Positions 18,429-27,519 of a DNA stretch of 35,847 nt are shown piece by piece. How positions within the stretch are numbered: position 1 is the stretch's first letter; every line of letters begins with the position of its first letter. Position numbers and translations under genes: made by a program. The stretch covers positions 1 through 35,847 of the forward strand of contig DATDBU010000076.1 of NCBI GenBank assembly GCA_036524675.1. The letters are read 5' to 3'. The notes beneath the pieces are model-generated. The model saw nothing but the letters and a program-made list of their open reading frames with translations. It searched no databases and was not told the origin of the DNA. Origin of the DNA: Chthoniobacterales bacterium (GTDB lineage: Bacteria; Verrucomicrobiota; Verrucomicrobiia; Chthoniobacterales; DASVRZ01).

Positions 18429-19754
18429 ATGACTACCCGCGTTCGTTTTGCTCCTTCGCCCACCGGCTATCTGCATGTCGGCGGGGCGCGCACGGCTTTG
18501 TTTAACTGGCTTTTCGCCCGCCACACCGGTGGCAGATTGATCCTGCGTATCGAGGACACCGACAAAGCGCGCAACACCGAGGAAGCCGTGCAGGTCATTT
18601 ACGACGGACTACGCTGGCTCGGGTTGGATTGGGACGAAGGTCCGCACGTCGGCGGTGAATACGGACCCTATTTTCAAAGCGAACGGGAGGAGATTTACCA
18701 AGCTTATCTTAAGAAATTGGAAGCCGCGGGGCGCGTTTATGAGGACAACGGCGCCATTCGTTTCAAATCGGCGCGCGGCATCGTCCAGGTCGAGGACGAG
18801 ATTTGTGGTCGAATCGCTTTCGACATGTCGAATCCCGTCACGAACCCGGACATCACGATCCGGCGGCCCGACGGCGGATGGATTTTCCACTTCGTCAACG
18901 TCGTCGATGACATCGAGATGAAAATGACCCACGTCATCCGCGGCGAGGATCACCTTTCGAATACACCGAAACACGTCGAGCTTTACAGGGCGCTCGGAGC
19001 CGAACCGCCCAAGTTTGCGCATATTCCGCTCATTCTGAACAAGGACGGTTCGAAAATGAGCAAACGCGACAACGGCGCCAGCGTACAGAGTTATGTCGAA
19101 GGTGGCTACGCCCCGGAAGCAGTACGAAATTATCTGTGCCTGCTCGGATGGTCGCCCAAAGATAACCGTGAAAAAATCGGGATCGACGAAGTCATTCAGC
19201 TCTTCACGCTGGAAGGCGTCAACCGACGTAGCGCCCATTTCGACCTCGACAAATGCTTCTGGCTCAACGGCCAGTATCTGGCGCAGATGTCGCTGGAGCG
19301 ATTCCGCGATTTGAGCCTGCCGTTTATCGAAAAGGCAGGGATCCAGGTCGATTCCCAAGCGCATTTGATGCAGGTGCTCGCCATTGTGAAGGAAAAAATC
19401 AAGCACCTCGGCGATGTGCCGTCGTGGATCTCGTATTTCTTCACCGACACAGTCGAGTTCGATCCGGTTGCTGTTGAAAAAACACTCAAAAAACCCGGGA
19501 CACTCGATCGCCTTGCCGCATTGGCAGGCGCCTATGCAGCGGTGGAGAACTGGGACGCCGCCACACTGGAAGTTGTGTTGAAACAGACCGCCGAACGCCT
19601 CGGGGTAAAAACCGCCGAATTGATTCATCCCGCCCGCGTCGCCGCCAGTGGGCGTTCCGTCGGCCCCAGCCTGTATCATATGCTGGAGGTCCTTGGGAAA
19701 GAGACTGTTCTGGCGCGGTTCGAAAAATGTCAGAGCCCAAGTGTTACTGCCTGA
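18429..19754 (+). CDS. gltX: Glutamate--tRNA ligase
   Basis: RVRFAPSPTGYLHVGGARTALFNW (HIGH region), KMSKRD (KMSKS) and a tRNA-binding C-terminal domain. An alternative upstream start at 18393 is possible. Confidence 0.9.
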   Translation: MTTRVRFAPSPTGYLHVGGARTALFNWLFARHTGGRLILRIEDTDKARNTEEAVQVIYDGLRWLGLDWDEGPHVGGEYGPYFQSEREEIYQAYLKKLEAAGRVYEDNGAIRFKSARGIVQVEDEICGRIAFDMSNPVTNPDITIRRPDGGWIFHFVNVVDDIEMKMTHVIRGEDHLSNTPKHVELYRALGAEPPKFAHIPLILNKDGSKMSKRDNGASVQSYVEGGYAPEAVRNYLCLLGWSPKDNREKIGIDEVIQLFTLEGVNRRSAHFDLDKCFWLNGQYLAQMSLERFRDLSLPFIEKAGIQVDSQAHLMQVLAIVKEKIKHLGDVPSWISYFFTDTVEFDPVAVEKTLKKPGTLDRLAALAGAYAAVENWDAATLEVVLKQTAERLGVKTAELIHPARVAASGRSVGPSLYHMLEVLGKETVLARFEKCQSPSVTA

Positions 19755-20644
19755 ACGACTTGCGCGACTGGCATGAGCCATCGCTACGTTACGCCGTCCT
19801 CGGCGATCCCGTAGCGCACTCTGCGTCGCCCGCAATGCATAATGCGGCGCTCGAGGCTCTCAAATTGCCGGAACGCTACTGTCGCCTCTGGATTCATCCC
19901 GATGAATTGGCCGAAGCTGTCCGGCTTTTGCCAGAAGCTGGTTTTCGGGGAGTCAATCTCACGATTCCCCACAAAACAGACGTCCTGCCGCTCCTCGATC
20001 GCATCGATCCGGGCGCCAAGAAATTGGGCGCCGTCAATACGCTTGTCTTCCAGGATAATACGGTCACCGGCCACAACACAGACGGACCGGGAATCGTCCG
20101 CGCTATCCGGGAGGAATTCGGCGTCGAGGTAAAGAATCAGCGCGTTCTCATCCTGGGAGCCGGCGGCGGCGCCGGGCGCGCGATTGCCACGCAGTGCGCT
20201 CTCGAAGGCTCTCTAAAAATCGTTCTCGTCAATCGCTCGCTTGAAAAGATCGAATCTCTGGCCCGTCAACTCGGCCCGGGAGCGGTCGCCGTCCCACTTT
20301 TACCCGAAGCTCTAGCTGAACATCTTCCTTCCATCGATCTGGTGATTAACGCCACGTCCGTCGGCATGAAATCGGAGGATCACTCCCCGATCCCAGCCCA
20401 TTTGATCGAGAGCAGACTGCTCGTTTATGACACCATTTATGCCGGACTCGTCACCCCTCTGCAGATGGCTGCCAATGAGTCGGGTGCTCGTAACTCGAAT
20501 GGACTTTCCCTCCTTCTTCACCAAGGGGCGCTCTCTCTCGAAATCTGGCTCGGTCACCCGGTTCCCCTCGAAGTCATGCGGCGCGGACTCCTTGATTTCG
20601 TTGGTGCAAAGTCGTCGTTATCGGGGAAAAAAAACACCCGGTAA
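19727..20644 (+). CDS. aroE: Shikimate dehydrogenase
   Basis: YAVLGDPVAHSASPAMHNAA..., NLTIPHK, NTDGPG and the Rossmann motif ILGAGGGAGRAIA. The start overlaps the gltX end by 28 nt. An in-frame TTG at 19760 is an alternative start. Confidence 0.85.
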   Translation: MSEPKCYCLNDLRDWHEPSLRYAVLGDPVAHSASPAMHNAALEALKLPERYCRLWIHPDELAEAVRLLPEAGFRGVNLTIPHKTDVLPLLDRIDPGAKKLGAVNTLVFQDNTVTGHNTDGPGIVRAIREEFGVEVKNQRVLILGAGGGAGRAIATQCALEGSLKIVLVNRSLEKIESLARQLGPGAVAVPLLPEALAEHLPSIDLVINATSVGMKSEDHSPIPAHLIESRLLVYDTIYAGLVTPLQMAANESGARNSNGLSLLLHQGALSLEIWLGHPVPLEVMRRGLLDFVGAKSSLSGKKNTR

Positions 20645-20703
20645 AATCGCCGCGCAACTTTCCAAAAACAGTTGGGTTTCCACTAGCACAAGTAAACCTA
20701 ACT

Positions 20704-21174
20704 ATGAAAAAACCATCCCTGCTTTCGCTCATCGTCGCCCTGAGTCTTGGTGTTGCAGTAACTGACTCTGGCTTTGCCCAAACGGCTCCAACGGCAAATG
20801 CCCCTGCGACGACCACGGCAGCCCCCGACAAGGTGCGCATTACGAAAGTCAATAAGCGTGTCGAGCTTCTCAAAACCGAGTTGAATCTCACGCCCGATCA
20901 GGAATCCAAAGTCCGTGATTTGATCCAGGCCAACGTATCTGCCGCAAAAGCCCATCGCGAAGCCAACCCGACCGCCACGTTGAAAGAACACCGGAAGGTC
21001 CTCGCAGAGAACCGTGCGAAACTTAACCAGGATATCCGCGCGTTGTTGACGCCTGAGCAACAGACCAAATTCGATGCCCTGGAGGCTCAACGCAAAAACC
21101 GGAAAGCGATGAAGCAAGAAAAAGAACACGCCGCTCCATCAGCTCCCGCCACGGCTCCGGCGCCCGTGCATTAA
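20704..21174 (+). CDS. Periplasmic Spy/CpxP-like LTXXQ-motif protein
   Basis: Signal peptide MKKPSLLSLIVALSLGVAVTDSGFA and two LTP(D/E)Q motifs (LNLTPDQESKV, LLTPEQQTKF) in a helical, K/E-rich protein. Confidence 0.7.
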   Translation: MKKPSLLSLIVALSLGVAVTDSGFAQTAPTANAPATTTAAPDKVRITKVNKRVELLKTELNLTPDQESKVRDLIQANVSAAKAHREANPTATLKEHRKVLAENRAKLNQDIRALLTPEQQTKFDALEAQRKNRKAMKQEKEHAAPSAPATAPAPVH

Positions 21175-21290
21175 TTCAATTTACGTGCCGAAAAAACAGC
21201 GCGCCCAGTAAAAGGCCCGCGCATCCGACCGGCGAGATCTTCGGATTTCGCCGGTCTTGTTTGGAGCGGAATCGCGGACTGCTTCTTGTA

Positions 21291-22097
21291 TCAAATGCGA
21301 GGCCACTCTTCAGATTTCCACGGCCAAGCGCGCAATGCTTCTGCCACACCTGCTCCCGCCACGGACTTCGCGACAAATCCACGCGCCAACTCCACTGTTT
21401 GCTTCACTTCCGGTATCGCATTCACCGGACATGTCACCCACGCTGCCGCTCCTCCATTAAGCATCGGCAAATCGTTAAAGTTATCGCCAGCCGCCAGGAT
21501 TCCCTCCCGAGGAATTTCAAGCAGTCGCGCCAGTTCCGTAAGAGCAGAGCCTTTGTGATAATCGACGTGACACAGGCGCAAATACACTCCGTTGCGCTGA
21601 AAGTTCAAATCGGGCAGACGTGGCTGCAATTTTTTCAGAAACTCCACCGCGTCGTCCATTTGTGCATCATTAACCGCGATCAATCCATCCAGCCATCCGT
21701 CTTCGGACGTGGGCGTCATCAGCCCCTTTTGCGTCGCAGCGTATGCAGTCACTTCCTTGTAAATTTCCTCCGCTTCGCGATGCAGCCGCTCGTGCGCAAG
21801 ATCGCAGCGGCGATTCCAATCTCCAAAATCCTCCCAGCTCCCACGTTTGCCCGGGCGATGATGCACCGCGCGCTCCAACGTGATGATGTAATCGGGCTCG
21901 ACTGGAAAACGAAGATCCAGAATGCCCTGCTCAAGTTGCGGAATAGAGCGGCCCGTATTGATCGCCCAAAAACCACCACGTTCTTGCACATCGCGAACTG
22001 CCTCACAAAAGTCAGGAGAAATAAAAGGAGGACGCTCCCAATCGACAATGGTCCCGTCGAAGTCTGTGCTGATGAGGCGGAGTTGGGTGCCGTTCAT
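21291..22097 (-). CDS. HAD-IIB (Cof-like) sugar-phosphatase family hydrolase
   Basis: Motif I LISTDFDGTIV, motif II INTGRS and motif IV GDNFNDLPML. The start is taken at MNGTQLRLIS (22097). An upstream ATG at 22214 is possible. Confidence 0.8.
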   Translation of the reverse strand: MNGTQLRLISTDFDGTIVDWERPPFISPDFCEAVRDVQERGGFWAINTGRSIPQLEQGILDLRFPVEPDYIITLERAVHHRPGKRGSWEDFGDWNRRCDLAHERLHREAEEIYKEVTAYAATQKGLMTPTSEDGWLDGLIAVNDAQMDDAVEFLKKLQPRLPDLNFQRNGVYLRLCHVDYHKGSALTELARLLEIPREGILAAGDNFNDLPMLNGGAAAWVTCPVNAIPEVKQTVELARGFVAKSVAGAGVAEALRAWPWKSEEWPRI

Positions 22098-22234
22098 GGG
22101 AACACTGACTTTCCGGAAAGACGCGGGAAATGCAAAGGCCAAATCCATCCCTGCAATGTCGTCCCCGGGGATCACAGGTAAAAAACAGGGCCGGTTCTGG
22201 GAAGAACCGGCCACAGCAAGCTCGCCGCCGGGTA

Positions 22235-24280
22235 TTATGACTCCGTCCCAGCAGGCTCGGCAGCCGGATTTTCCTGGCTTACGTTCAAGCCACTCTTTGC
22301 GTCGATCAGCAGGGCAAGCAGTTGATTCACGAGGGTGGGGTTGCCAGCGGCGGGCGGTTGGCCATCGCCCCCGCCGACGCCGCCGAACATGAACATCCGC
22401 TCCGGCACGAGTGGCTGTGTGCTCTGAGCGAAATGCTCAGACACAAGGTTGAGTGCGAACAGACGCGGGTCGCCATAAGCGCGGATTTTTTGCAAGTTCA
22501 CCGAGGCTTCCGCGCGGCCGATCTGGCTGATCTTCGCGGCTTCACCAGCGCCGAGGAGTTCGCGCGATCGGGACTCACCTTCCGCACGGACGATGTCCCG
22601 TTTCGCAAGACGTTGCGCCTCGGCGAGTTGCGCTTCACCTTTGTTCGCAGAGACTTCGACTTCGATCTTGGTCTGCGTGAGTTCGGTTTGTTTCGCGGCG
22701 GCGGCTTGGGCCTCGTTGAGGTCCTGGAGTTGACGCGCGGCTTCCTGCTGTTTGCCGAACGTTTCCTTTTGTTCCTCGGCAAGCCGGCGCAGACGCAATT
22801 GATCGAACAAGGTCTCGATAGACGTTTGTCCCTCCTTCGATTCCGGGCGTCCGATCAGCACGGCGACGCAGGTGATGTCGTACGTCGAAAACCGGCGTCC
22901 CAGCTCCTCGGTGCCACGGCGCTGGATTTCTTCGCGCTTCGTGAGCAGGTCGAGCATGTGCGAGCTTTGCGCCACGTCGCGGAAATACGCAGTGAGGATC
23001 GGGTCGAGCGTCTGGCTGATGAGCCGTTTTACGTCGCCGAAACGCTGCACGACGCTGGAGGCTTTTTCGTAGTCGATGTGCAACACGAGCGACAGCGGGA
23101 GCACGGGCTCGTAGCCGTCGGCGGTGATGAGTTCGATGCTTTCCAAATCGGCGTCATACCGATGTGCCTCGACCTGGCCGGTGATCCAGCGCAGGACGAA
23201 ATTGACCGTGGGCACGAGTTCGATCTTCAGCGCGTAAGGGTTAAGCGCGTATTTGCCGGGCGGCAGGCCGCGACGCCACACGCCGCGGTTGCCGTGTTCG
23301 ACCTGTTCGCCGTAGCGGAATGCCGTGCCGGTCGTATCCATGCCTTGCGAACCGTAATAGGCCACGACGACGCCTACGTATCCGATGGGGATGATGGTTT
23401 TCGGTTTTTCTTCGACCGTGGCAAACCAGCGATTGATGTAAAACGTACCGTCGGTGAGCACCTGGAGCTGTTTACCGCGGCGCCCGCCCAATGCGAGGAA
23501 GACCTGCGGATCCTGGAAATAATTGTGATCCGCAGTGGTATCGCTGGTTTTTACCTCGGGAGCGATGATTTCTCCGGAAGGAATCGGCGGGCCATCATGC
23601 ACGGTGACGACGCCAAGCGTGTCCGTGCGCAGCAAGTCGGCCTGGGCTTCGGCGTCTGTTTTTAACGCGGGCGGAGGGAAATCCTCGCCGTTACTGACCG
23701 AGCGGGCCGCACCAATGAGAACGGGGCTGAAGCCGCGTTGCGAGGCAAGTTCCGTCTGCCAGGCGGCGTATTTGTTATCCTCGCGTTGAAGACCCGGGCC
23801 GCTGTAAACGCGATCCTCGGTAATGACGACGAACAACGACAGGTTCACCGCGTAAACGCCTTCACGCAAAATCGCACGCTGGCGTCCGCGCTGACCGCCT
23901 TTTGATAGAAACGCCACGGCATCCTGGAAATGATTCGACTTCGGGATATCCGCAAGCGTCTGCGTTGGCGGGAGCGGTGCGCCGTCACGTGCATACACGT
24001 AACCGATTTTACCTTCGGAAACCGTGACAAGCGGCTGGCGATGAATGCGGTATTGCCACGGGAACAACCCGAAATGCACACCACCGCGCAGCAACGAGCA
24101 TTGGAAACCTGCCTCGCCATTGAGCGCGATGATGCGGCCTTCGGACAGCGAACCTTTGAACGACCAGAGTTTTTCAACGATACCGACTTTGTTGTGTGGG
24201 ATGTAACGGACGCCTAGCAAAACATACAGCGCAGGGATGCACAGGATCCATACGAACGGTGACTCAAACACTAGTGACAT
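22235..24280 (-). CDS. Flotillin-family (SPFH/band-7) membrane protein, YqiK-like
   Basis: N-terminal TM anchor (FVWILCIPALYVLLGV), SPFH domain and a long Ala/Glu/Gln-rich coiled-coil (AEEQKETFGKQQEAARQLQDLNEAQAAAAKQTE...). The start at 24280 has an AGGAAAAG ribosome-binding site upstream. Confidence 0.85.
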   Translation of the reverse strand: MSLVFESPFVWILCIPALYVLLGVRYIPHNKVGIVEKLWSFKGSLSEGRIIALNGEAGFQCSLLRGGVHFGLFPWQYRIHRQPLVTVSEGKIGYVYARDGAPLPPTQTLADIPKSNHFQDAVAFLSKGGQRGRQRAILREGVYAVNLSLFVVITEDRVYSGPGLQREDNKYAAWQTELASQRGFSPVLIGAARSVSNGEDFPPPALKTDAEAQADLLRTDTLGVVTVHDGPPIPSGEIIAPEVKTSDTTADHNYFQDPQVFLALGGRRGKQLQVLTDGTFYINRWFATVEEKPKTIIPIGYVGVVVAYYGSQGMDTTGTAFRYGEQVEHGNRGVWRRGLPPGKYALNPYALKIELVPTVNFVLRWITGQVEAHRYDADLESIELITADGYEPVLPLSLVLHIDYEKASSVVQRFGDVKRLISQTLDPILTAYFRDVAQSSHMLDLLTKREEIQRRGTEELGRRFSTYDITCVAVLIGRPESKEGQTSIETLFDQLRLRRLAEEQKETFGKQQEAARQLQDLNEAQAAAAKQTELTQTKIEVEVSANKGEAQLAEAQRLAKRDIVRAEGESRSRELLGAGEAAKISQIGRAEASVNLQKIRAYGDPRLFALNLVSEHFAQSTQPLVPERMFMFGGVGGGDGQPPAAGNPTLVNQLLALLIDAKSGLNVSQENPAAEPAGTES

Positions 24281-24972
24281 ACTAACTTTTCCTTTCTGGG
24301 AGAGAGTAATGATGCGAGTACGCGACAGGTTCCGGACTGAACCGGCATGGTAGGTCGCGAGAAAATCGCGAACCTCACACGATATTGGCGAGCCGCACCG
24401 CCGTAGCGGGCCACCAGCCAATGCTCCCTGTCAGACAGTCATGGAACAGTGAACCGGATCCTCCGATTCTCCAGGATACAGTACTGCCTGAAAGCGTTAA
24501 CAACGACCATAATTGATCTCCTTACCAAAGACGCTACGTACGGTCGCGGGAAAAAGCAAACGACGCACGGATGCCTGGGATGTTTAAGAAAGGAAGCACC
24601 GTTCGCTCTGTTAGCCTTATGGGCGCCTCCCGGGATGATTTCGTAAAATTCCCGCGCACGCGGCATTTGTTTGGGTCGATGGGGGACAGAGGATGACAAA
24701 CATCTCGGACGCCGCGAATCGGAGACTTTCATCCGCGATGCTTCGCTCGTTGGTAGAAGAAAACCTTGGGATTCAATTCACCGTGGCCGGACGCATGGTT
24801 TTGCAGTGTCGCGATCATGAAATTCACCGAGGGAATGCATCCGCGCATCCTGAACAAAGGCCGACGTGGACGTCGCCTCTACTTTGTGATCCGTGGTGCG
24901 CCTTGCCTGGGATTCCTCGTTTCCGTAGCTTGGAATCATGAAAACAACCATTGATATTCCTGAAAGGAACTC

Positions 24973-25221
24973 ATGGATGCCATTCGGTTCACCAATGCGA
25001 AAACCAAACGCGAAGCGGTGGTCGCTGCCCTACAGGATTTTAATCGCCGCCAGCGTATGGCCGCGCTGGTGAAACATCCGGGAACGTTTGATTCCCTGAT
25101 GACCAACGACGAAATCGAAAGCCTCGAAGAAACCCGGAACCCACTCGCTGGCATTGTAATCGAAACTCATCGATACGTCTTTGTGGGTCCACGCGCTGCG
25201 GCGCAATGGAGACAGCGATAA
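24973..25221 (+). CDS. Putative VapB-type antitoxin
   Basis: 82-aa ORF immediately upstream of and overlapping a PIN-domain ORF. A ribosome-binding site (gaaaggaactcATG) precedes it. The sequence AIRFTNAKTKREAVVAALQDFNRRQRMAALVKH is a helical DNA-binding-like N-terminus. Its C-terminal ~25 residues overlap the toxin in another frame. Confidence 0.55.
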   Translation: MDAIRFTNAKTKREAVVAALQDFNRRQRMAALVKHPGTFDSLMTNDEIESLEETRNPLAGIVIETHRYVFVGPRAAAQWRQR

Positions 25222-25537
25222 AAAGCAGATTGTCACCCAATTGCTCATCAACGGCGAAGCCGCCTGGTGTTCGGTTGTTCGCCTGGAACTCTGGAATGGC
25301 GTCGGCAGCGACAACGAACGACAGCCACTTCGCGAGTTCGAGGCCGCCATTCCCAATTACGCCGTCACGGACGAAGTCTGGGAAAGAGCCTTTGAGCTTG
25401 CGAGCCTTTGCCGCAAAGCAGGAAAGACCGCACCCGCGACGGACGTTTTGATCGCAGCCTGCGCGCGCCATCACGGCGTCGGAATCGAACATGCAGACGC
25501 GCATTTCGAATTTCTCATGGCCCTGGCTGGGGCGTGA
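25160..25537 (+). CDS. VapC-family PIN-domain toxin with no canonical start codon
   Basis: This frame encodes SKLIDTSLWVHALRR...(D-containing strand 1)...ATDVLIAACARHHGVGIEHADAHFE, a classic PIN/VapC pattern. An in-frame TAA at 25157-59 directly precedes it. The first canonical alternative start, TTG 25181, would delete the conserved LIDTS strand. Confidence 0.65.
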   Translation, partial: SKLIDTSLWVHALRRNGDSDKKQIVTQLLINGEAAWCSVVRLELWNGVGSDNERQPLREFEAAIPNYAVTDEVWERAFELASLCRKAGKTAPATDVLIAACARHHGVGIEHADAHFEFLMALAGA

Positions 25538-25690
25538 CGAGGACGGCCCATGTTGCTTTGGCAACCTCGTCGTTGTTTCCCTCAACACATACGCAAAATT
25601 GTCATTTTTCTCCCACGACCTCTATTTTCTTCTCTTAACATGAATTGATCTGGAAATCCGCGCTTGACGCGTTGTTGATCACCGTTCGCT

Positions 25691-26128
25691 ATGCATTATA
25701 TGTTTATTACTATCTTCTCTTGGGTTCTGTACATGATTGCCCTCGTACTGAAGTCATACGCCAACCATATCCGGTTTATGTCATTTGATGAGATGCCAAT
25801 GACATTTTCACGCTCACCGGGCTTCGCGTCCAAGTTTTGGCTAACGAGATTGGTCGTCACATACGGGTCCTTTGCTGGGCTATGGTTTGTACACGGAGTC
25901 TATGTCCTAATCGGAGCATTTCTTTTTTATCGGCTGGTCTGCTTCTTCACATTTGGGAGAGGTTATAGGAGCTCGGTCAACAGGTGGGCGCGACTTGACC
26001 TCGAAAGACAGCGACTTGAGGCAATAAAGAATGGAGAGAATTTCGACAAAATAGGAGCTTGGCTTAAGGCGGTTAAGTCGGCGAGTGGCTGGATTAAAGA
26101 AAATGCAACTAGAAACGGATCTCTGTGA
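25691..26128 (+). CDS. Hypothetical small membrane protein (low-GC cassette, gene 1)
   Basis: 145 aa with two or three TM helices (FITIFSWVLYMIALVL; LVVTYGSFAGLWFVHGVYVLIGAFLFYRLVCFF) and a charged C-terminal helix. The DNA is markedly AT-richer than its surroundings. Its stop overlaps the next start (ATGA at 26125-28). Confidence 0.5.
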   Translation: MHYMFITIFSWVLYMIALVLKSYANHIRFMSFDEMPMTFSRSPGFASKFWLTRLVVTYGSFAGLWFVHGVYVLIGAFLFYRLVCFFTFGRGYRSSVNRWARLDLERQRLEAIKNGENFDKIGAWLKAVKSASGWIKENATRNGSL

Positions 26129-26655
26129 CTGATTCCACTTCCCGAAAAACGTTAAGCTCTTCATCTATGCGAAGTCAAAAACCTAGAAAGCGAACGGCGT
26201 GGCTTATCACTTGGGAATCATCTCGTAGAGACTACCTTGCTGATTTGAATCGTCCTCGCGTCGTCGCCATTCTTAAGCCGCAGATTTCATCCTCGACCAT
26301 CAGACAGCTCCTTCCCGTCCTGTTCATATCGGAGTCTAAGCTCACTTTTTCGGAGAAAATCGCTTACAGCTTTTTTAGACGCCATGTTCGATGGCTTCGC
26401 GACGACCTGCGACGCATTTGCTGCGGCGATAACCCATGGCTTGAGGCGCGGCTTGTGAAGGAGTTATACGTCGAGACCTATCCAGACACTAGTTGTCGCG
26501 AAAAGCTGCATTGGACTGAACATCCGCGCCACTCATTGACGCCTAGCGACACCGATCCCGAACGCCACTGTTTAGAAGACACAAAATTTGATATGCTTTG
26601 GTATGGACGCGGGGGAAAAGGGGGCATGCAGCAAATGTTAACAGATTTGCATTAA
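26125..26655 (+). CDS. Hypothetical soluble protein (low-GC cassette, gene 2)
   Basis: 176 aa, translationally coupled to gene 1. No motif recognised. An alternative start lies at Met15 (26167). It has a Gly-rich C-terminus (WYGRGGKGGMQQ). Confidence 0.45.
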   Translation: MTDSTSRKTLSSSSMRSQKPRKRTAWLITWESSRRDYLADLNRPRVVAILKPQISSSTIRQLLPVLFISESKLTFSEKIAYSFFRRHVRWLRDDLRRICCGDNPWLEARLVKELYVETYPDTSCREKLHWTEHPRHSLTPSDTDPERHCLEDTKFDMLWYGRGGKGGMQQMLTDLH

Positions 26656-26764
26656 CGCTGGCGGAAAAACTTTGAGCAACGCAATCAATTTTCCTCTTCA
26701 CCGCGCCGGACGGGGCTGTGAAATGGATTGTTTTTTCGAAGACGATCTTCCAGAGTAATCGAAG

Positions 26765-27166
26765 TTAGCGCGTAGAAAGGCGCTGGACGTCCGGATAGTC
26801 CAGGATTTTCCGGTCAGATGTGACCACCGTGAGATTGTGGCTACGGGCGGTGGCCGTGATGATCCGGTCGGCGGGATCTCCGTGGAATTCTCCGGTCAGG
26901 TTGTTGGAATCGATGGCGATCTCCGGCGTGATGCGGAGGAGCAGGATGAGGTTTCGCTGTGTGGCGCGACGCATCCAGACATCCAGTGGAGTATGCAGAA
27001 TAATACGTCCCTTCGCCTGTAGCATGCCGACTTCCCAAAGGCTTATATCGGAAAGTCCGAGTGTCGATTCGGCATTCAGGCGTTGTCTTGACGCGTCCGA
27101 TAATCTCTCCGGTTCGTTGAAAAGCCAGAGCCATGCATTGGTATCGAGGATCAGGCTAGGAAACAT
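26765..27166 (-). CDS. VapC-family PIN-domain toxin
   Basis: MFPSLILDTNAWLWLF... (catalytic Asp strand), ...SLWEV... and ...DRIITATARSHNLTVVTSDRK: a canonical PIN fold pattern. Confidence 0.85.
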   Translation of the reverse strand: MFPSLILDTNAWLWLFNEPERLSDASRQRLNAESTLGLSDISLWEVGMLQAKGRIILHTPLDVWMRRATQRNLILLLRITPEIAIDSNNLTGEFHGDPADRIITATARSHNLTVVTSDRKILDYPDVQRLSTR

Positions 27167-27171
27167 CGCCG

Positions 27172-27459
27172 CTAGTCAACAATTCCATTGATGGCATTCC
27201 ACTCCTCAGGGGCGCAAGCTGACTCGTCCGGGTTGTAGTCCGACGAGAATTCCATCAAACCTCGGCCGCTGCCCGCCCATTCTGCGATCGTTGGCGCCTT
27301 TTCTTCCTCCGGAGGTTCGATGATGGCGACAACTTTCCCATGGCGGGTGATATGGAGGATAACTCCAGTTTCTTCGACTTCCCGGAGCGCCTGCGTGCAG
27401 TGGGTCTTAAATTCGGAAATAGGAATCGACCGGATGCCGGGAGAAGGCTCGATTTTCAT
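27172..27459 (-). CDS. Phd/YefM-family antitoxin
   Basis: IPISEFKTHCTQALREVEETGVILHITRHGKVVAIIEPP matches the Phd/YefM N-terminal fold. It ends 5 nt upstream of the PIN toxin start and has an acidic C-terminal tail. Confidence 0.8.
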   Translation of the reverse strand: MKIEPSPGIRSIPISEFKTHCTQALREVEETGVILHITRHGKVVAIIEPPEEEKAPTIAEWAGSGRGLMEFSSDYNPDESACAPEEWNAINGIVD

Positions 27460-27471
27460 GGTGTGAAACTA

Positions 27472-27519
27472 AAACCGACCAGAAAATTTGGTCAATTCGT
27501 TTCTGTTCGAGGTCGGTTT
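27472..27519. promoter_or_regulatory. Perfect 9-bp inverted repeat AAACCGACC-N30-GGTCGGTTT upstream of the phd/yefM-vapC operon
   Basis: Read directly from the sequence. It lies 13-60 bp upstream of the antitoxin ATG (minus strand) in the divergent intergenic region shared with the cysteine desulfurase gene. A nested 4-bp inverted repeat gaccagaaaatttggtc lies inside it. Confidence 0.4.

Noticed and set aside
21261-22181. 306-aa + strand ORF
   Set aside because: Antisense to the HAD hydrolase gene, which has clear motifs I, II and IV; Arg/Cys/His-rich.
22322-23665. 447-aa + strand ORF
   Set aside because: Antisense shadow of the flotillin gene. Its Arg/Leu-rich translation mirrors the Ala/Glu/Gln coiled-coil on the other strand.
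25666-25700. TTGACG hexamer upstream of low-GC cassette gene 1 as a possible -35 element
   Set aside because: No convincing -10 at 16-19 bp spacing (CGCTAT is poor), so it cannot be supported as a promoter from sequence alone.
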